A stretch of DNA of 64,000 bases from Mobula hypostoma. Lineage: Eukaryota. This document shows, one piece after another, positions 1-12,189 of the stretch. The notes under the pieces are model-generated. The model saw only the letters and a program-made list of their open reading frames with translations, did no database searches and was not told where the DNA came from. A program made the translations under genes and the position numbers. Numbering within the stretch: the first letter of the stretch is position 1; each line of letters begins with the position of its first letter. The DNA lies in the NCBI RefSeq assembly GCF_963921235.1, contig NC_086118.1, positions 23,872,001 to 23,936,000 of the forward strand. The letters are read 5' to 3'.

Positions 1-40
1 CTGCCTGACACGCTGAATTCCTCCAGCATTTTGTGTGCAT
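1..40 (+). mobile_element. Fragment of Penelope-derived terminal repeat family, truncated by the window start
   Basis: ctgcctgacacgctgaattcctccagcattttgtgtg matches the arm sequence at 2934-2975 and 36706-36740. Confidence 0.7.
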
Positions 41-787
41 TCTTCATTTTATGTTCCTTTGGGAATTATTCCAAAAGAACATGATCAAAATCCTGTAGTA
101 GATACCTGAATTAAAGCAACCTGACACCTATTTCCTAGTCATCCCAGCCTCCAGCCCTCATTTTTCCCAAGAAATCCCCTACAATAAAGATATAAAGTTT
201 CAATAGGTCAAATGAATTAATTCTACATCCATAAGATTATGATCTTACGAATATCAACCTTTCTGATTCCATCCCTCCTGTACCTTCTACTTGATGCTGC
301 TCACCATCTACATTACTATCCACTGACCATGGCTAGATCTAACCCTCATCTCATACATCTCCTGTCCTCCAAAATTCCTCTGATCTTTGGAGAAGACTTC
401 CAAGTGGCAGAATTTCATAAGCTTTAACACTCTGCTTTGCAGACCAAATTGGTCACTTTCCAATGTCCATCACACACTTCAAAGTGCACTGAAAAGTTGT
501 ATGATGCATTGTTAAGGGTTTTCCATGTTAAATGGAATATATGAAATCAAGTTACTTGTGGAAAAAAGTGGTAAAATATTCTGCAAATACAGATTTATCT
601 AGAGAATGTATGAGAAGTGCTATTCTATCCTGAAATTGAGATTGCCAAGTGCTCCACTGTTTGTGGCTATCCAGTACTGCTTCACGAGTTCTGTCCACGT
701 AACATATGAATTCAAGTCTGGTACTGATCTTTTTAAAATTCCTGATCTGTTCTATACTTCACTTGAAATGATAAATAAAATCCATTG

Positions 788-1485
788 ACCATAAGACAAC
801 AAGACATAGGAGCAGAATTAGGCCACTCAGCTCATCAGCTGCTCTGCCATTCCATCACAATTGATTTATTATCCCTCTCAACCCCATTCTTCTGCCTTTT
901 CCCAGTAATCTTTAACATACTTACTAATGAAGAGCCTATCATCCTCTGCTTTAAATGCACCCAATGACTTGCCCTCCACAGCTGCCTGTGGCAATGGGTT
1001 CCACAGATTCATCATCCTCTGTCTAAAGAAATACTTCCTCATCTGTGTTCTAAAGGGGTGTTCTTCTATTCTTTGGCTGTGTCATCTGGTCATAGATTCC
1101 CCACTATAGGAAACATTCTCTCAACATCCACTCCACCTAGGCCTTTTAATATTTGACAGGTTTCAATGAGATCCCACCTCATTCTTCTAACCTCCAACGA
1201 ATACAGGCACAGAGCCATCAAACACTCCTCATATGCTAACTCTTTTCATTTCTGGGATCATGTTTTGTGAACCACCTCTGGACACTCTCCAATGCGAGCA
1301 CATCATTGCTCAGATAAGCAGCCCAAAACAGCGCAACTGTCTCTGAGCAATGTCTTGTAAAGCTTCACCATTACATCCTTGCTTTTATATTCTAGTACTC
1401 TCGAGATGAATACCAACATGGTATTTGCCTTTCTTACCACTGACTCAACCTGCAAGTTAAGCATTTGGGAATCCTCCATGTGGAG
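788..1485 (-). mobile_element. CR1 LINE, 3' portion (ORF2 C-terminus and 3' UTR), degraded
   Basis: ORF 1303-1509(-) VVRKANTMLVFISRVLEYKSKDVMVKLYKTL is typical CR1 ORF2 C-terminal sequence; (tcttatgg)-like tail at ~788-810 on the minus strand. Confidence 0.9.
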
Positions 1486-1650
1486 GATCTTGATTAGTAA
1501 TGGCGTCAAAGGTTACAGGGAGAAGGCAGGAGGATTCTTTTGAGAGGATGAATAAATCAACCGCGAATGAATGATGGAGCAGACTTATTGAGCTGAATGG
1601 CCTAACTCTGTTCCTAGATTTTATGACCTTTTGTTCGTATGACCTTATGA
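1486..1650 (+). mobile_element. CR1 3'-end fragment in opposite orientation
   Basis: ctgaatggcctaactctgttcct followed by a ttatgacc-type tail; complementary to the 788-940 region. Confidence 0.75.
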
Positions 1651-1990
1651 AAATTCAAATAAACAACATCCACTGATTCTCCTTTGTCTATTCTGTCTGG
1701 TGTCTCCTCAAAGAATTCCAACAGACTTTTTCAGGTAAGATTTCCCCTTAAGAAAGCCATGCTAACTTCAGCTTATTTTATCATATGCCTCCAAGTCCTT
1801 TGAACCTTATCGTTAATAATGGATTCCAACGTCTTATCAACCACTGAAGTCAGGCTAACTGGCCTATAATTTCCTGTCTTTTGGCTTCGTCCCTTCTTAC
1901 AGAGTAGGGAGACATCTGCAATTCTGCAGTCCTCTAGTGATTCTTGAAAGATCATTACTAATGCTTCTACAATCTCTTCAACTCCAACTC
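1651..1990 (-). mobile_element. CR1 ORF2 fragment (region upstream of and entering the RT domain)
   Basis: ORF 1773-2012(-) EALVMIFQESL..KKG..KTGNYRPVSLTSVVDKTLESII. Confidence 0.9.
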
Positions 1991-2801
1991 CATCAGTTGC
2001 TGAATATCCCAATGTGCATATCTAGAATTAGAGCATTTACATTTTCGAAAATATGTTTTCTTTTCCAGTTCTGCCATCTTAAAAGGGCATGAATGCATTT
2101 CAGGATGTGACCACTATTCGAACAATATGCAATTTTTGCCATCGTGTCCTGATTATTATTATAAATCACAGAAAGCAACAGGGAAATATTTTTCTACTGC
2201 CACATACGCCTGTTAATGGAAAGGAATTCTGACACATTTTCTATCACTTCTCAAATTATATTAGTTTAATGCATTAAATGTGTGGATTCATTGATGTAGC
2301 CTGTGGTTAAATTTATACTGAAAATTATGACTTGGTAATTATTTCAAGAAATGTTTCAATTAATAAATCACATTTAAAAATCTCTCAGAAGACTTTATAT
2401 TAATTAATATAAATGAAATTATGGAAATTAAAATTACATTTATTCACACTGTATTTGCCAATTAACATCAAGATGCCGATAAATCTATTTTTTTCTGGGT
2501 TGTGCCAAAATTGATGTTTTGAACTTCTTCCAAAGGTTCTCAGTTAGTGAATTGTGCCATAAAGCAATTGTGCTAGAAACTCTTCTTGAGTTATTAACAT
2601 TAAACATCAAATGCTGTATATGTGATTTCATTGATTACAGTGGCACTGACCACCAGGACGCTGAGTATAACCGGCAGCTGATACTCTCATTTGCATCTAA
2701 TGCTAACACCTGAAGACTAATTTCTCCCCGTCCACATTCACCTAAGCTATAGACAGGAAATTAGCTTTACATTTCTCCTTTAAGTAGCACCAAGACAAAC
2801 C

Positions 2802-2975
2802 CAAACATAAGGAAATCTGCAGATGCTGGAATTTCAAGCAACGCACGTAAAAAATGCTGGTGAACGCAGCAGGCCAGGCAGCATCTGTAGGAAGAGGTAC
2901 AGTCGACGTCGGCTGTACTTCTTCCTATAGATGCTGCCTGGCCTGCTGCGTTCACCAGCATTTTTTATGTGTGTT
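2802..2975. mobile_element. Short non-autonomous Penelope-derived fold-back element with 13-bp TSD
   Basis: 136-bp palindrome 2840-2975, centred at 2907/2908; flanked by accaagacaaacc (2789-2801) and accaggacaaacc (2976-2988); arms homologous to the ends of the RT-bearing element at 9841-11165. Confidence 0.8.
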
Positions 2976-3254
2976 ACCAGGACAAACCGACAGCTCTTCT
3001 CTATTCAATTTGCATACTGTCATAATGTAGAAGGTTAAAAGATCAAGATGATACTGGTGAACCACGGCAACATACTGTGGGCTGCATCAAATATTGTTAA
3101 ATATAACTCTTTTGGATTACTTCCACTGCAATCTGCAGCATGTAATTTCCTTTTAAGCAATGTACTTTTAAATCAAATTAATGATCCATTGATTTCAAGA
3201 TCTTATGAAGGACTGGGCAATCTTAACTCTCAAGCAAGAAGGTACAGCACCTTT

Positions 3255-3385
3255 AAGTTGGTGCAGTCTTTCATTGATTATATCATGGTTATTATTCTAT
3301 TACGGATTTACTGAGTATGCCTGCAAGAAAATGTTTCTCAGAGTTGCATGGTGACATATACATACTTTTGAACTTTGGACTTTTC
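3255..3385 (+). mobile_element. 3' tail fragment of a Rex1/Babar-type LINE or a SINE sharing its tail
   Basis: gcaagaaaatg..ctcagagttg..tggtgacatata..tttgaacttt matches the 3' end at 14790-14820 plus 15497-15545. Confidence 0.7.
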
Positions 3386-3715
3386 AGTTTATTAACTCCA
3401 TGATGATTCTTTGCAGAAGAGTTGCGATTATCTTATGTCCACAATTTGTACCCTTTGCTTTGCTTTTAAAATTACTTACAGGATCCACTTCTCTTACCAG
3501 TCCAGGTTCTAGTTCTGGATCCCAACAATGCTGAGTGTAGAAATTTTGCTGAATTTCCTATTTAGCTGTTTAATCCATGATTTTGAATTTAATGTTTTTA
3601 TTAATTGTCCCACTTACCTGAAAGAATATTTTTCCCCAGCTGCTCTATAAACCTTCATGCTATGTTGAAAACTATATTAATCATCTTTTAATTTTTTTTC
3701 TGTTCCAGCAAGAAT

Positions 3716-3985
3716 ATCAAGTTCAAGTTTATTGTCATAGGGCTATTTACCCAGGTTATAAATGCTATGAAAGTTAGCTTTCTGAAGCAGCAGCAGCACA
3801 ACACAACTTAAACATGGCAAACATAAATTACCATAATTTACATAACTTACACAAAACAATAAACAAAAATAACATAATTGTATTGATGTAAGTTGAGGGA
3901 AATACAATCTGATCTAGAATGGTTCCGTTCAGGTGGGTTCATGAATTAGATGGTAGAATGACGATGCTGCTGTTGAACATTCTGA
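3716..3985 (-). mobile_element. Rex1/Babar-type 3' end fragment
   Basis: tcaagttcaagtttattgtca tail with an AATAAA on the minus strand, then gatggtagaatg..gctgctgttgaac resembling other Rex1 3' ends in the window. Confidence 0.55.
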
Positions 3986-4589
3986 ATTGCTCACAATATT
4001 ACTGGTTACTCAGATTTTGTAGCTTCCCAGTACACCTGGTTTGTATCCTTTAATACATCTATCCTGAAGTGTGACATTCAGAATTGTCCCCGATATCTAA
4101 GCTCCAACCCACTCCTATGTCATCAAAATATAGCAAAATCTCTATACTGTACCATTTTATATTCTATATCATCAGGCTTCTTCACATTACTTAAACCTCA
4201 GAGCAGATCTTTATTTTTGGTTTAAATACTGAACTGGATTTCTGTCTTACTATTTGGAGAAAAGTGGAAGCAAAATATAAGCCAACCACCTTTAAAGAGT
4301 TTGACCACCTTCTTGCCCTGAAATTGAGCCTCTGCAGAAAAACCACAGTGTCCTGCAACAGGAATACTCTGCTAATGAGGTAGAAGATCTTAAGATTAAA
4401 CTGTGAGAATCTCCAGATACCGAATCCAAAGAATAACAAGTTTTTACAGCTCTCCTAAGACCTTGCATCATCTTGCATTGATATGGGTGACTGAAAACAT
4501 GGAAGTCGATGAAATGCAATGCCACAACTACCTGAGTAAAGAAACTCCTTCCAAATCGGTTTTAGCTAGTTGACAACTCTATTGAAAGA

Positions 4590-4915
4590 TTAAAGCCAAA
4601 AGAGATTAGTAATATTTGTCACATGTACTGCACTTCAAAACATCCCATGTAATGTGTTGTTTGCATCAACTCAAATCAGAGAGGACTGAGCTGAGCAGCC
4701 CACAACTGTCTCCATGCTTCCAGCACTGACATAGCATACCCTCAACTTCTTAAACTTAACTGCACATCTTTGGAATATCCGATGAAACCGGAACACCAGG
4801 ATGAAAGACAGTCACGGAGGGAGTGTACAAACTCCTTACAGACAGTGGGGGGAATTGAAACCTGATCTTGCAGCCGGTGCAGTAAAGCGATTTCACCAGC
4901 CATTACGTTACCATG
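4590..4915 (-). mobile_element. tRNA-derived V-domain SINE (HE1-like), degraded
   Basis: gaaaccggaacacc..gtacaaactccttacagacag..gaattgaaacc is the reverse complement of the V-domain plus B-box; similar to 38010-38230 and 53660-53940. Confidence 0.75.
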
Positions 4916-6189
4916 TCGCTTCTACCCTTTAACTCCAGACAACTTCACTGGTGCAAACATCTTCATAATATTTACTGTCAGAAAGTTCTTTCAAATAAAA
5001 TCATCTCCTATTCATCTGACGTCCAATCAGCTCAATCTTTCCCCATAGAAATCAACTTTTTGAACATTCATTGTACTGATTCCAACCACTCATATTCTTC
5101 TTTAAATAAAAGGACCAATGCCGCACGTAATTCTCCATGTGTGGTCTTACTAAAGGCAAGAACGGTTGTAGCAAAACTTCCTTATGTTGTGCTTCACTCC
5201 ATTCTCTGCCCACTTTTTTAAAAAAAACTTCTCCTCCATTATATCACCTCAACATCTGTGTGTCAGTGTGACATCTTGATCACTGCCAGTTTTGCAATTG
5301 GATGTGGAAGCAAGTTTTTGCAAGCAAAACATGCTCTGGTATGAAAGGCTTAATGAAACCTCAAGGACTCTAAAGCTGTGAGTGATATTTATAGTATTTT
5401 GTTGCTCAGAATCAATGCCTTTGATGTGGTAGCTTATGTTAGTTGTGTTTGGAAGATAAGTGTTACATTGAAATGATATGAATAATATGGAATTACAGCT
5501 GCTCACATTTGACATGAAACTAACAGCATTGCATATGTCCAATATGAACTAATATGAATACAATTCCATAGTGCTCAGCTGAACAAAAAGCAAGGAACTG
5601 GAAAATAGAAGGAATACCACCAGAATGTGAAAAGACTTAATAATTAAGAAAATTTGGATCTTCAGTGACTGAATCAGTGCGCAGAATGATATGGTGGGTG
5701 AACTTGCTTTTATTTTTTTGTCTCACTTCTCAGGACATCTGATTCAGTAAGGAAGAGCGCTGATGCGTCGTTAATTTTCTGTTACTGCCTTTAGCAGCAG
5801 TGAACGTGTTTCATGCTGTGGGTGGAGAAGATTTCAAATTATTGCTGCTAGCATTTAGAACTCAGAGTTAATGCTTCTGTGAAGCCACAGAGCCCTATCA
5901 CAGAAACGTTTGGCGTTAACAATAACATATGACTGCCAATAAAATCCACAGTCATGTCAGGGCACGAGGCAGAGGGATGTCTGTGGTATTGATAATATAA
6001 TGTAAAAAAAAATCAAAGAATTTGTTCTGCTTTCATTTTCTCCTGTCTTTAATGTATCCTTGTAAAAAGCCTGTTAATGTTAACCCATTTTCAGCAAATA
6101 AGTCTAAAATTGTGCGATGTACTTCCAAATAATCATGGTTCATTGAAATACCATATATTTTCCTTTAAAAATTAAAATTACTCCTCCAC

Positions 6190-6400
6190 TGTGGCTAAGG
6201 TTTCTACAATCTGCGATATTCCCTGTAGCAACTCACCAAGGTTATGTTGATAGTACCTTCCTCCCCATGACCTCTGATACTGAATCGCATCAGCAATACC
6301 CTGGGAGCATTTCCTCCTTCATGTTATCCTCAAAACAGCACAGTGTTATGACTTGGATAGTTATTCCTTCGTTTATTGTCCTTTAATTTTTGGAAGGTTA
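6190..6400 (+). mobile_element. Ancient CR1/L2-like LINE 3' fragment
   Basis: aactcaccaagg..gtaccttcc..gacctct..tgacttggata aligns by eye with 51470-51620. Confidence 0.5.
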
Positions 6401-8509
6401 CTCTAGAAAACAAAAAGTACTGACACATGAGAAATAGCTGCTGAAATGTCAGAAGATGAATTTCCTGATAGGTAGGGAAGGAATTTTTAATCCGAGATCT
6501 TGAAGAAAGATCGGACCCTAGTTAGTACTAAATTTCTGTCTTCTGATGTTTAACATTATTTGTCCTCCTGATAAAATTTTTGCCCCATTACTCTTAGGCG
6601 CTAGTTCTTATTTCGCCATGAAGTGTTGTTTCCTACCTCGTTGGTTAAGTGTGGCTTATAGTCACAGAGGGCATTGTTAAAGGTCAAGGTAAAAGCCACT
6701 GAATTCTGAATAGTTTAATGTTTTACGTGGTATTATTGTGACATAATGCACGCAATGTATTATTCCACAGCACATAAGCAGAGCATAAACTAAGTCATTT
6801 TCAGAAGGACATTGAATTCAGATCTCAAATGTAAATAAAAAGCTGACCATCAATTAACTGAGATAGCTGAAAGGAAATAAGCAAAATTTAGTCACAGCAC
6901 AAGAGAATACAGCTCAGCACATTCAGACTGGGTTTTGTTTTTTGGATTCACCCTGAACACAAATGTCAGTAAATATTTTTTTTAGAAAACCTACCCTAAT
7001 ATAGCAGAATGATCTTTGCTTAAATCAGTGCATAAATTCAATTACAGGCTCACTAGTGTCATGTTTCTAATGAGCTTATCTATCTTGTATGTGGGATTGA
7101 ATGTATCAGGGACCAAATATGTCATATGAATGGACATTTAATTTAGGAAATGATAGAATGGTTTCTTTAAACATTAAATTAGGTTTTCAGTCTAATTTGC
7201 CTTGTTAATGACAGGAAACAAGCTGTCTGGAACTATACATAAAACGAAGTGCAGTTCTTAATCTAAATGTTTTAGTGAATATTACATCTGTACAAATGTT
7301 CCACTCATGTGAGCCTGCTAATTATGTTTTGCTTTATCATTGAGGCTTAGTAAATCTCCAAGAATGACTAAGAAGGATCTGTTTCATCCAAAGAAATTTT
7401 TTTTTAAACGATTAAATAGAAACATCTCTTGGGAACGTGATTTCAATGATTCAACAAAATAATGTGAATCAGGTAAACTTACTGTTAGTGCACTACATCA
7501 TTGGTAGAGACATAAAGAATGCGCCTCTTTCTGAGTGACAGGTTGGGTCTGTTTTACCCTTACATCAGTCACTGATTATTTTATAAGCCAAGTGTCAGAG
7601 CAAGTGTCAATATGTAAAACATCGTCTTATTTTGCTGTTTTTCTTCAGATGTTTAGTATGCCACATTCAGAGCTAATGGAATAAAAGAATCTTAATATAA
7701 GCAGTTTACTGATTTTAGCTCTCCAGTCAAATACAGGAGACAAAATTATTTGGAATATTCAATACCCATGATTGGATAGGTAGAGCAAGCAATTAGCTCT
7801 GAAAGCATGAATGTCAAGTATTTGTTTGCAACTGTGCTTGACAGATATAATAAACTCCCACTTTATTCAAAATGAAGTTAACTGAAGTTAATAATAATAA
7901 TAATTTAAAAATATGGCTATATTTATTTAATATGTGATACTAGTCCCAGTCTGATATTTCTTTTTTTTATTTAGCTCAACATGAAATTCAATTTGTTGAG
8001 TTAATATTATTTGTAAAAGTAATAATTTCTTTCAGCTAATTAGTGCTCTTTCAACATTGACAAAAACTGACAATGAGCTGCAGCCATTTGTGGAATAGAT
8101 TAGTCATGTGATAATTTACAGAAAAAGCATGATTCCATACATTTGAACAGGTAGTTTGTTAATCCATTCTAAGAAAAAATGGAGAATTCTTCTCACTGAT
8201 GTTGTCTTTCACTTGTGGTGAGATGCCAATAGTACGGGTATATGACAAGGCTGACAAATACCAAACCAGTTCTTGTCCTACACTCAGTTAGGGTCATGAT
8301 TCAGATAATCATGATTAAACCCATTTTATTTATCTCTAAAGTTGTTTTTTTTTGTGAATGTATATCCAATATCAAATAAGCATACTGTATTTTTGAAAAT
8401 AAGGCAAAATGCAAAGTTCACAATGAAATTGGTGTAAATTATAAAGAATGACAGTAGGTTGATTGTTCTCTGATTTTTGTAGAACAAAGATAATTTTATG
8501 AGGGATTAT

Positions 8510-9815
8510 TTACTTATTTATTATTTCATGGGATGTGGATGTTGCAGACAAGGTTACAATCCGGTGCCTATCCCAAATGGATATGATCCACATTCTTGAA
8601 CATGTGCAGTCTTTCTAGTGAATTGACTTGTACAAATCTGTTACTGAACTCAGCAATTATTACTTATCCTGAAATTCTGTAGTGAGCTACCTTCTTGAAC
8701 TACAGCAACTTCCCTGGTGAAAGTAATCCTACAAAATGTTGGCTTGGGAATCCCATGATTGGGATTTTGTGATGATGAAAAAATAGTTTTATTTGTGTGC
8801 AAATTAAAGGGGAATTTCCAGGTGGTGACACTCTTGGGCTGTTTCTACCCTTGTCCTTGTGGATGTATGGTTGCAGATGTTTGAAAGTTCTGTTCAGGAA
8901 GCCTCGGAAAGTTATTACAGTGACTCTTGAACATGGTGTTGCCAAAGTTCAGCCACTACAAGGGGAGTAAACATTTAAATTGATGGATGGGAGCTGAGGG
9001 TGGGAGGGTCAATCAAACTAGTTTCAATGTGCTATATGATATGAGCTTCATCAGAATTGATGGAATTGCATTCGTCTGAACGTGTGGAGATAATGCATTG
9101 TAATCCTGACTTGTGCATTGTAGAGAAAAGAAATGTCCTGTCAGCAGCTGATTCTCTCATTCCAGAGTACACCAAGTATTTGGCCTACTAGGTTCTCATA
9201 GTGTTCATGTTTAGATGCAAATAGTTTTGTGCTCAACAATGATTTAGCTGTTGATTGTAGGGAATTTGTAATAGTAACGATATTCAATGTCAGGACGAGG
9301 TTGTTATATTCTGTCAAGTTGGAGATGGTCGTTGTCTGTGAAATAGCTGTTGCCTGGCACCAATGTGTTCAAGCTAGTACAGTATAAATCCTATTACATA
9401 CGGGCGTGGGCTACTTCATTTTCTGAAGAGTCATCACGAGTGAACATCCTCACTTCTGAAATTCTGATGAAGAGAATGTCTTTGAGAGAGAAACTAGTTG
9501 AGCTCAAGACAATGTTCTGAGGAATTCTTCTCTTGTGCTGAGGTGATTGGCATCCAGACAATACAACAATGATCTTTCTGTTGGGAATGATTATGGAAAA
9601 TGAAGAGTTTTCCCCTTGACTCCCATTGACTCAGTTTAACCAGAACAATTTTCTGCCACATAGGTTAAATACTATTTTAATGGCAAGGACAGTCACTTTG
9701 AACTCACCTTGGAAAACTGTTCTTCAAAATTGGGCCAAAATTATAATGAGACCTGGAGCCAAGTGGAAGTCAAACTTGGCTTAGGTGTATGTATTTTAGG
9801 CTTGATATCTGTGTA
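8510..9815 (-). mobile_element. Ancient CR1/L2-like LINE, 3' part (continues at 11170-11700 after the Penelope insertion)
   Basis: ttcatgggatgtggatgttgc..tgcctatccc..gtgagctaccttcttgaac is the reverse complement of the tail seen at 51660-51770; long degraded coding-like homology. Confidence 0.6.
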
Positions 9816-9926
9816 TATAAGACCTTGAAAACCCAAAGCTAAAACTGCAGATGCTGGAAATTTAAAATAAAACAGAAAAAACTGAAACTATGCAGTAGGC
9901 CAGGCTGCATCAGTGTAAAGAGCAAC

Positions 9927-9965
9927 TCAGTTAATGTTTCAGATCAAAAACACTTCATCAAAATT
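9927..9965 (-). ncRNA. Degenerate minimal hammerhead ribozyme motif
   Basis: Minus strand reads ttTGATGA agtgtttttgatct GAAACATT AACT; the first core C is mutated. Confidence 0.45.
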
Positions 9966-10584
9966 TTAAAAATATTTTATCTGTCTCAGAAGAGAGGGAT
10001 GGGACCAGAAGTCCAAAAATGGATGAAATGTGGTCAGGGCTTTTATGAACAATGAAAGAGGGGAAGCCTTGGTTCAGGAGGAAGGAAGACATTTCAGAGG
10101 CACCTGTACATAAAGTCCCTTTGTCAGACAAATATTATGGAGACAAAGGAACTGATCAAATTGAATAAAATCCTTACAGGAGACAGAATGGGATGAAGTG
10201 TAGTTGAGATACTTGAGTGAGTTTGTAGGCTTGTAGTGGATGCCAATATTTAGTCTGTTCCCTGAATTGGAGACAGAGAGATCCAGAAAGGAAAGAGTTA
10301 GCACATAATGGAAGGCAGCAACAACACAGTCATCCATGTACTGGAGGGAGATGTGAAGGAATGCTACCTGTAAACCTGTTCTATACATTTTACAAAAAGA
10401 TATCCTTGGCTGGATGCAAGTGCTTACAGCTAAAGTGCTGTCTGGAGAAAGTGAGAGGAGTTGAAGGAAAAAACTTTCAAGTCAGACAAGTTCAACCAGT
10501 TGAACATAAGTGTTGGTGAAGGGAACTGGTTGGGGCTGTACTCCAGGAGGAAGCAGAAATGCATTCAAACGTGGGACAGAGGTA

Positions 10585-10890
10585 TAAGTTCAAGGTTCAT
10601 CATCAACGTACATATGCTACCAGATAAAGCACTGGGATTCATTTTCTTGTGAGCAAGCTCAATAGATCAATAGAATAATAACCATAACAGAATCAATGAA
10701 GGACCGCCCAACTTGGGCATTCAGCCGATGTGCAGAAGGCAACAATCTGTGCAAATACAAAAATAAATAAATAAGAAGAAGAAATAAATAAGAAATGAAT
10801 ATCAAGACCATGAGATGAAGAGTCCTTGAAAGTGAGTCCATGGCTGTGGGAACATTTCAATGATTGAGCAATTAAAGTTGAGTGAAGTTG
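10585..10890 (-). mobile_element. Rex1/Babar-type 3' end nested in the Penelope relic
   Basis: aagttcaaggttc tail; reverse-complement similarity to 14560-14820 (both give MDSLSR.LHLMVLI in the ORF track). Confidence 0.8.
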
Positions 10891-11066
10891 TAAAGGGATT
10901 AGACAGCTATTAGACAGCGTGAAATTGGAAACAATTAAAGTGGCAGAGTCGTCAGAGCATATGCAAGATGAGGACGGGGTGGGCCAGAGGAGAAAGGATA
11001 AAGTTAAGATAAGAAAAAATATACTTGGAAGTACGAGAGCAGGCTCGAACAATAGGTTTGCCAAGT

Positions 11067-11104
11067 TAGTTCTGATGAAGGGTTTTCTACCTGAAACATT
11101 ATCT
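11067..11104 (+). ncRNA. Minimal type I hammerhead ribozyme motif (Penelope-associated), partly decayed
   Basis: AGTT-CTGATGA(11072-11078)-AGG gttttcta CCT-GAAA(11093-11096)-CA-TT-ATCT: intact core boxes, 3-bp stem II, stem I with one mismatch. Confidence 0.6.
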
Positions 11105-11169
11105 CTGTTTCTCTTCCTACAAAAATGTAATCTGACCTGCTGAGTATTCCCAGCATTTTAAATTTTTAT

Positions 11170-11700
11170 ACTGTAAGCCCTTCGATTACTTTGCTGATGA
11201 TTGACCAAAGGACTATAATAGGCCAGATTGTACACATCCTATCTTTTATGGAAATGAAAGATGCGGATAATTTTTAACTTTGTTCTCTCGACACTAGTTT
11301 TGTATATCTGCAGATTAAAGGCATGGCTAATTCTAGAGCATGATTTCAGCAGTACAGCTGGAGTGTTAATGAGTGATATGATGTTTGCAGTAGTTACTGT
11401 ACTTAGCCATTTCTTGATATCATGGGGAGTGAATTAAGTTGGCTGAGACATAATTTCTATGATGGTCTAAATATCATGAGGATGGTAAGATAGGTCAACT
11501 ACTCAGAACTTCTTGCTGACAGTTGTCTTGTCTGATGTTCCCAAATAGTGAACTCAACCATCGTAAAGAATGAAGATGATCATAGAGATCTTTCTGTTAG
11601 CTGTTTAACTGGTGGTCATCATGTGTGACCAGATTGGCACGACTGCAGGGATTTAACCTGTTTATAAGCTCTGAGGTCACTTAGCTCTCTTCACGCGTGT
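11170..11700 (-). mobile_element. Continuation of the ancient CR1/L2-like LINE of 8510-9815
   Basis: ccttcgattactttgctgatgattga..ggccagattg corresponds on the minus strand to a decayed NYRPISL..ISKV-type motif. Confidence 0.5.
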
Positions 11701-11704
11701 TGCT

Positions 11705-12140
11705 CGAAGCAGCAGAGCCTGTTGTCTGGGTGGAGAGTTAAGCGCCAGGCCAGATTGAAAAGTTCAGGATGTCTGTGCCTGAGGTGAGGTGCACGACAGT
11801 TCGGATCGCTGCTCCAAGAAGTTTACTCCGCTTTGCACTGAACTTTGGAACTCATTTATGAACTTCAGTTCAAAAGCACTATTTGCTTGTGGTTACTGTT
11901 TGCATGATTTTTTCCACTGCACACTGAATGTTCAATGGTCTTATTTATGGGTTATTTTATTTTTTTATGGGGTTGATGTGGTTTTTATTCTCTGCACACA
12001 GGATGCTAGAAAGTCATTTAATATACATATATGGGGTTTATTTTTGGGTTTCTTGGTTTATGGCTGCCTCTTAGGAAACAAATCTCAAGGTTGTACAGTG
12101 GATACATACTTTGATAATAAATATATTTTGCACTTTGCTT
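11705..12140 (+). mobile_element. Non-coding retroposon with Rex1-type 3' tail
   Basis: Ends aatctcaaggttgta..catactttgataataaatatattttgcactttg, the same tail type as 14805-14820 plus 15497-15545. Confidence 0.6.
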
Positions 12141-12189
12141 CTACTGTAGAGCATGCCAGTCAGTTGCTTGACATCAGCAAAATGTTGGA

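Larger units (their letters stand above)
9841..11165 (-). mobile_element. Penelope-like retroelement relic: RT fragments between inverted terminal repeats carrying hammerhead-like motifs
   Basis: Minus-strand peptides GKPIVRACS..SYLNFILSPL (~11063-10985), FSFNSSHFLQ (~10470-10440) and YMDDC..LSFLDLSVSNSGNRLNIGIHYKPTNSLKYLNYTSSHSVSCKD (10074-10388) match the Penelope RT and thumb pattern; termini 9841-9965 and 11066-11165 are inverted homologues. Confidence 0.85.

Noticed and set aside
2840..2975. pre-miRNA or DNA-transposon MITE
   Set aside because: It is a loop-less palindrome of a dispersed repeat homologous to Penelope termini; the asymmetric end and 13-bp TSD do not fit a typical MITE; there is no expression evidence for a miRNA
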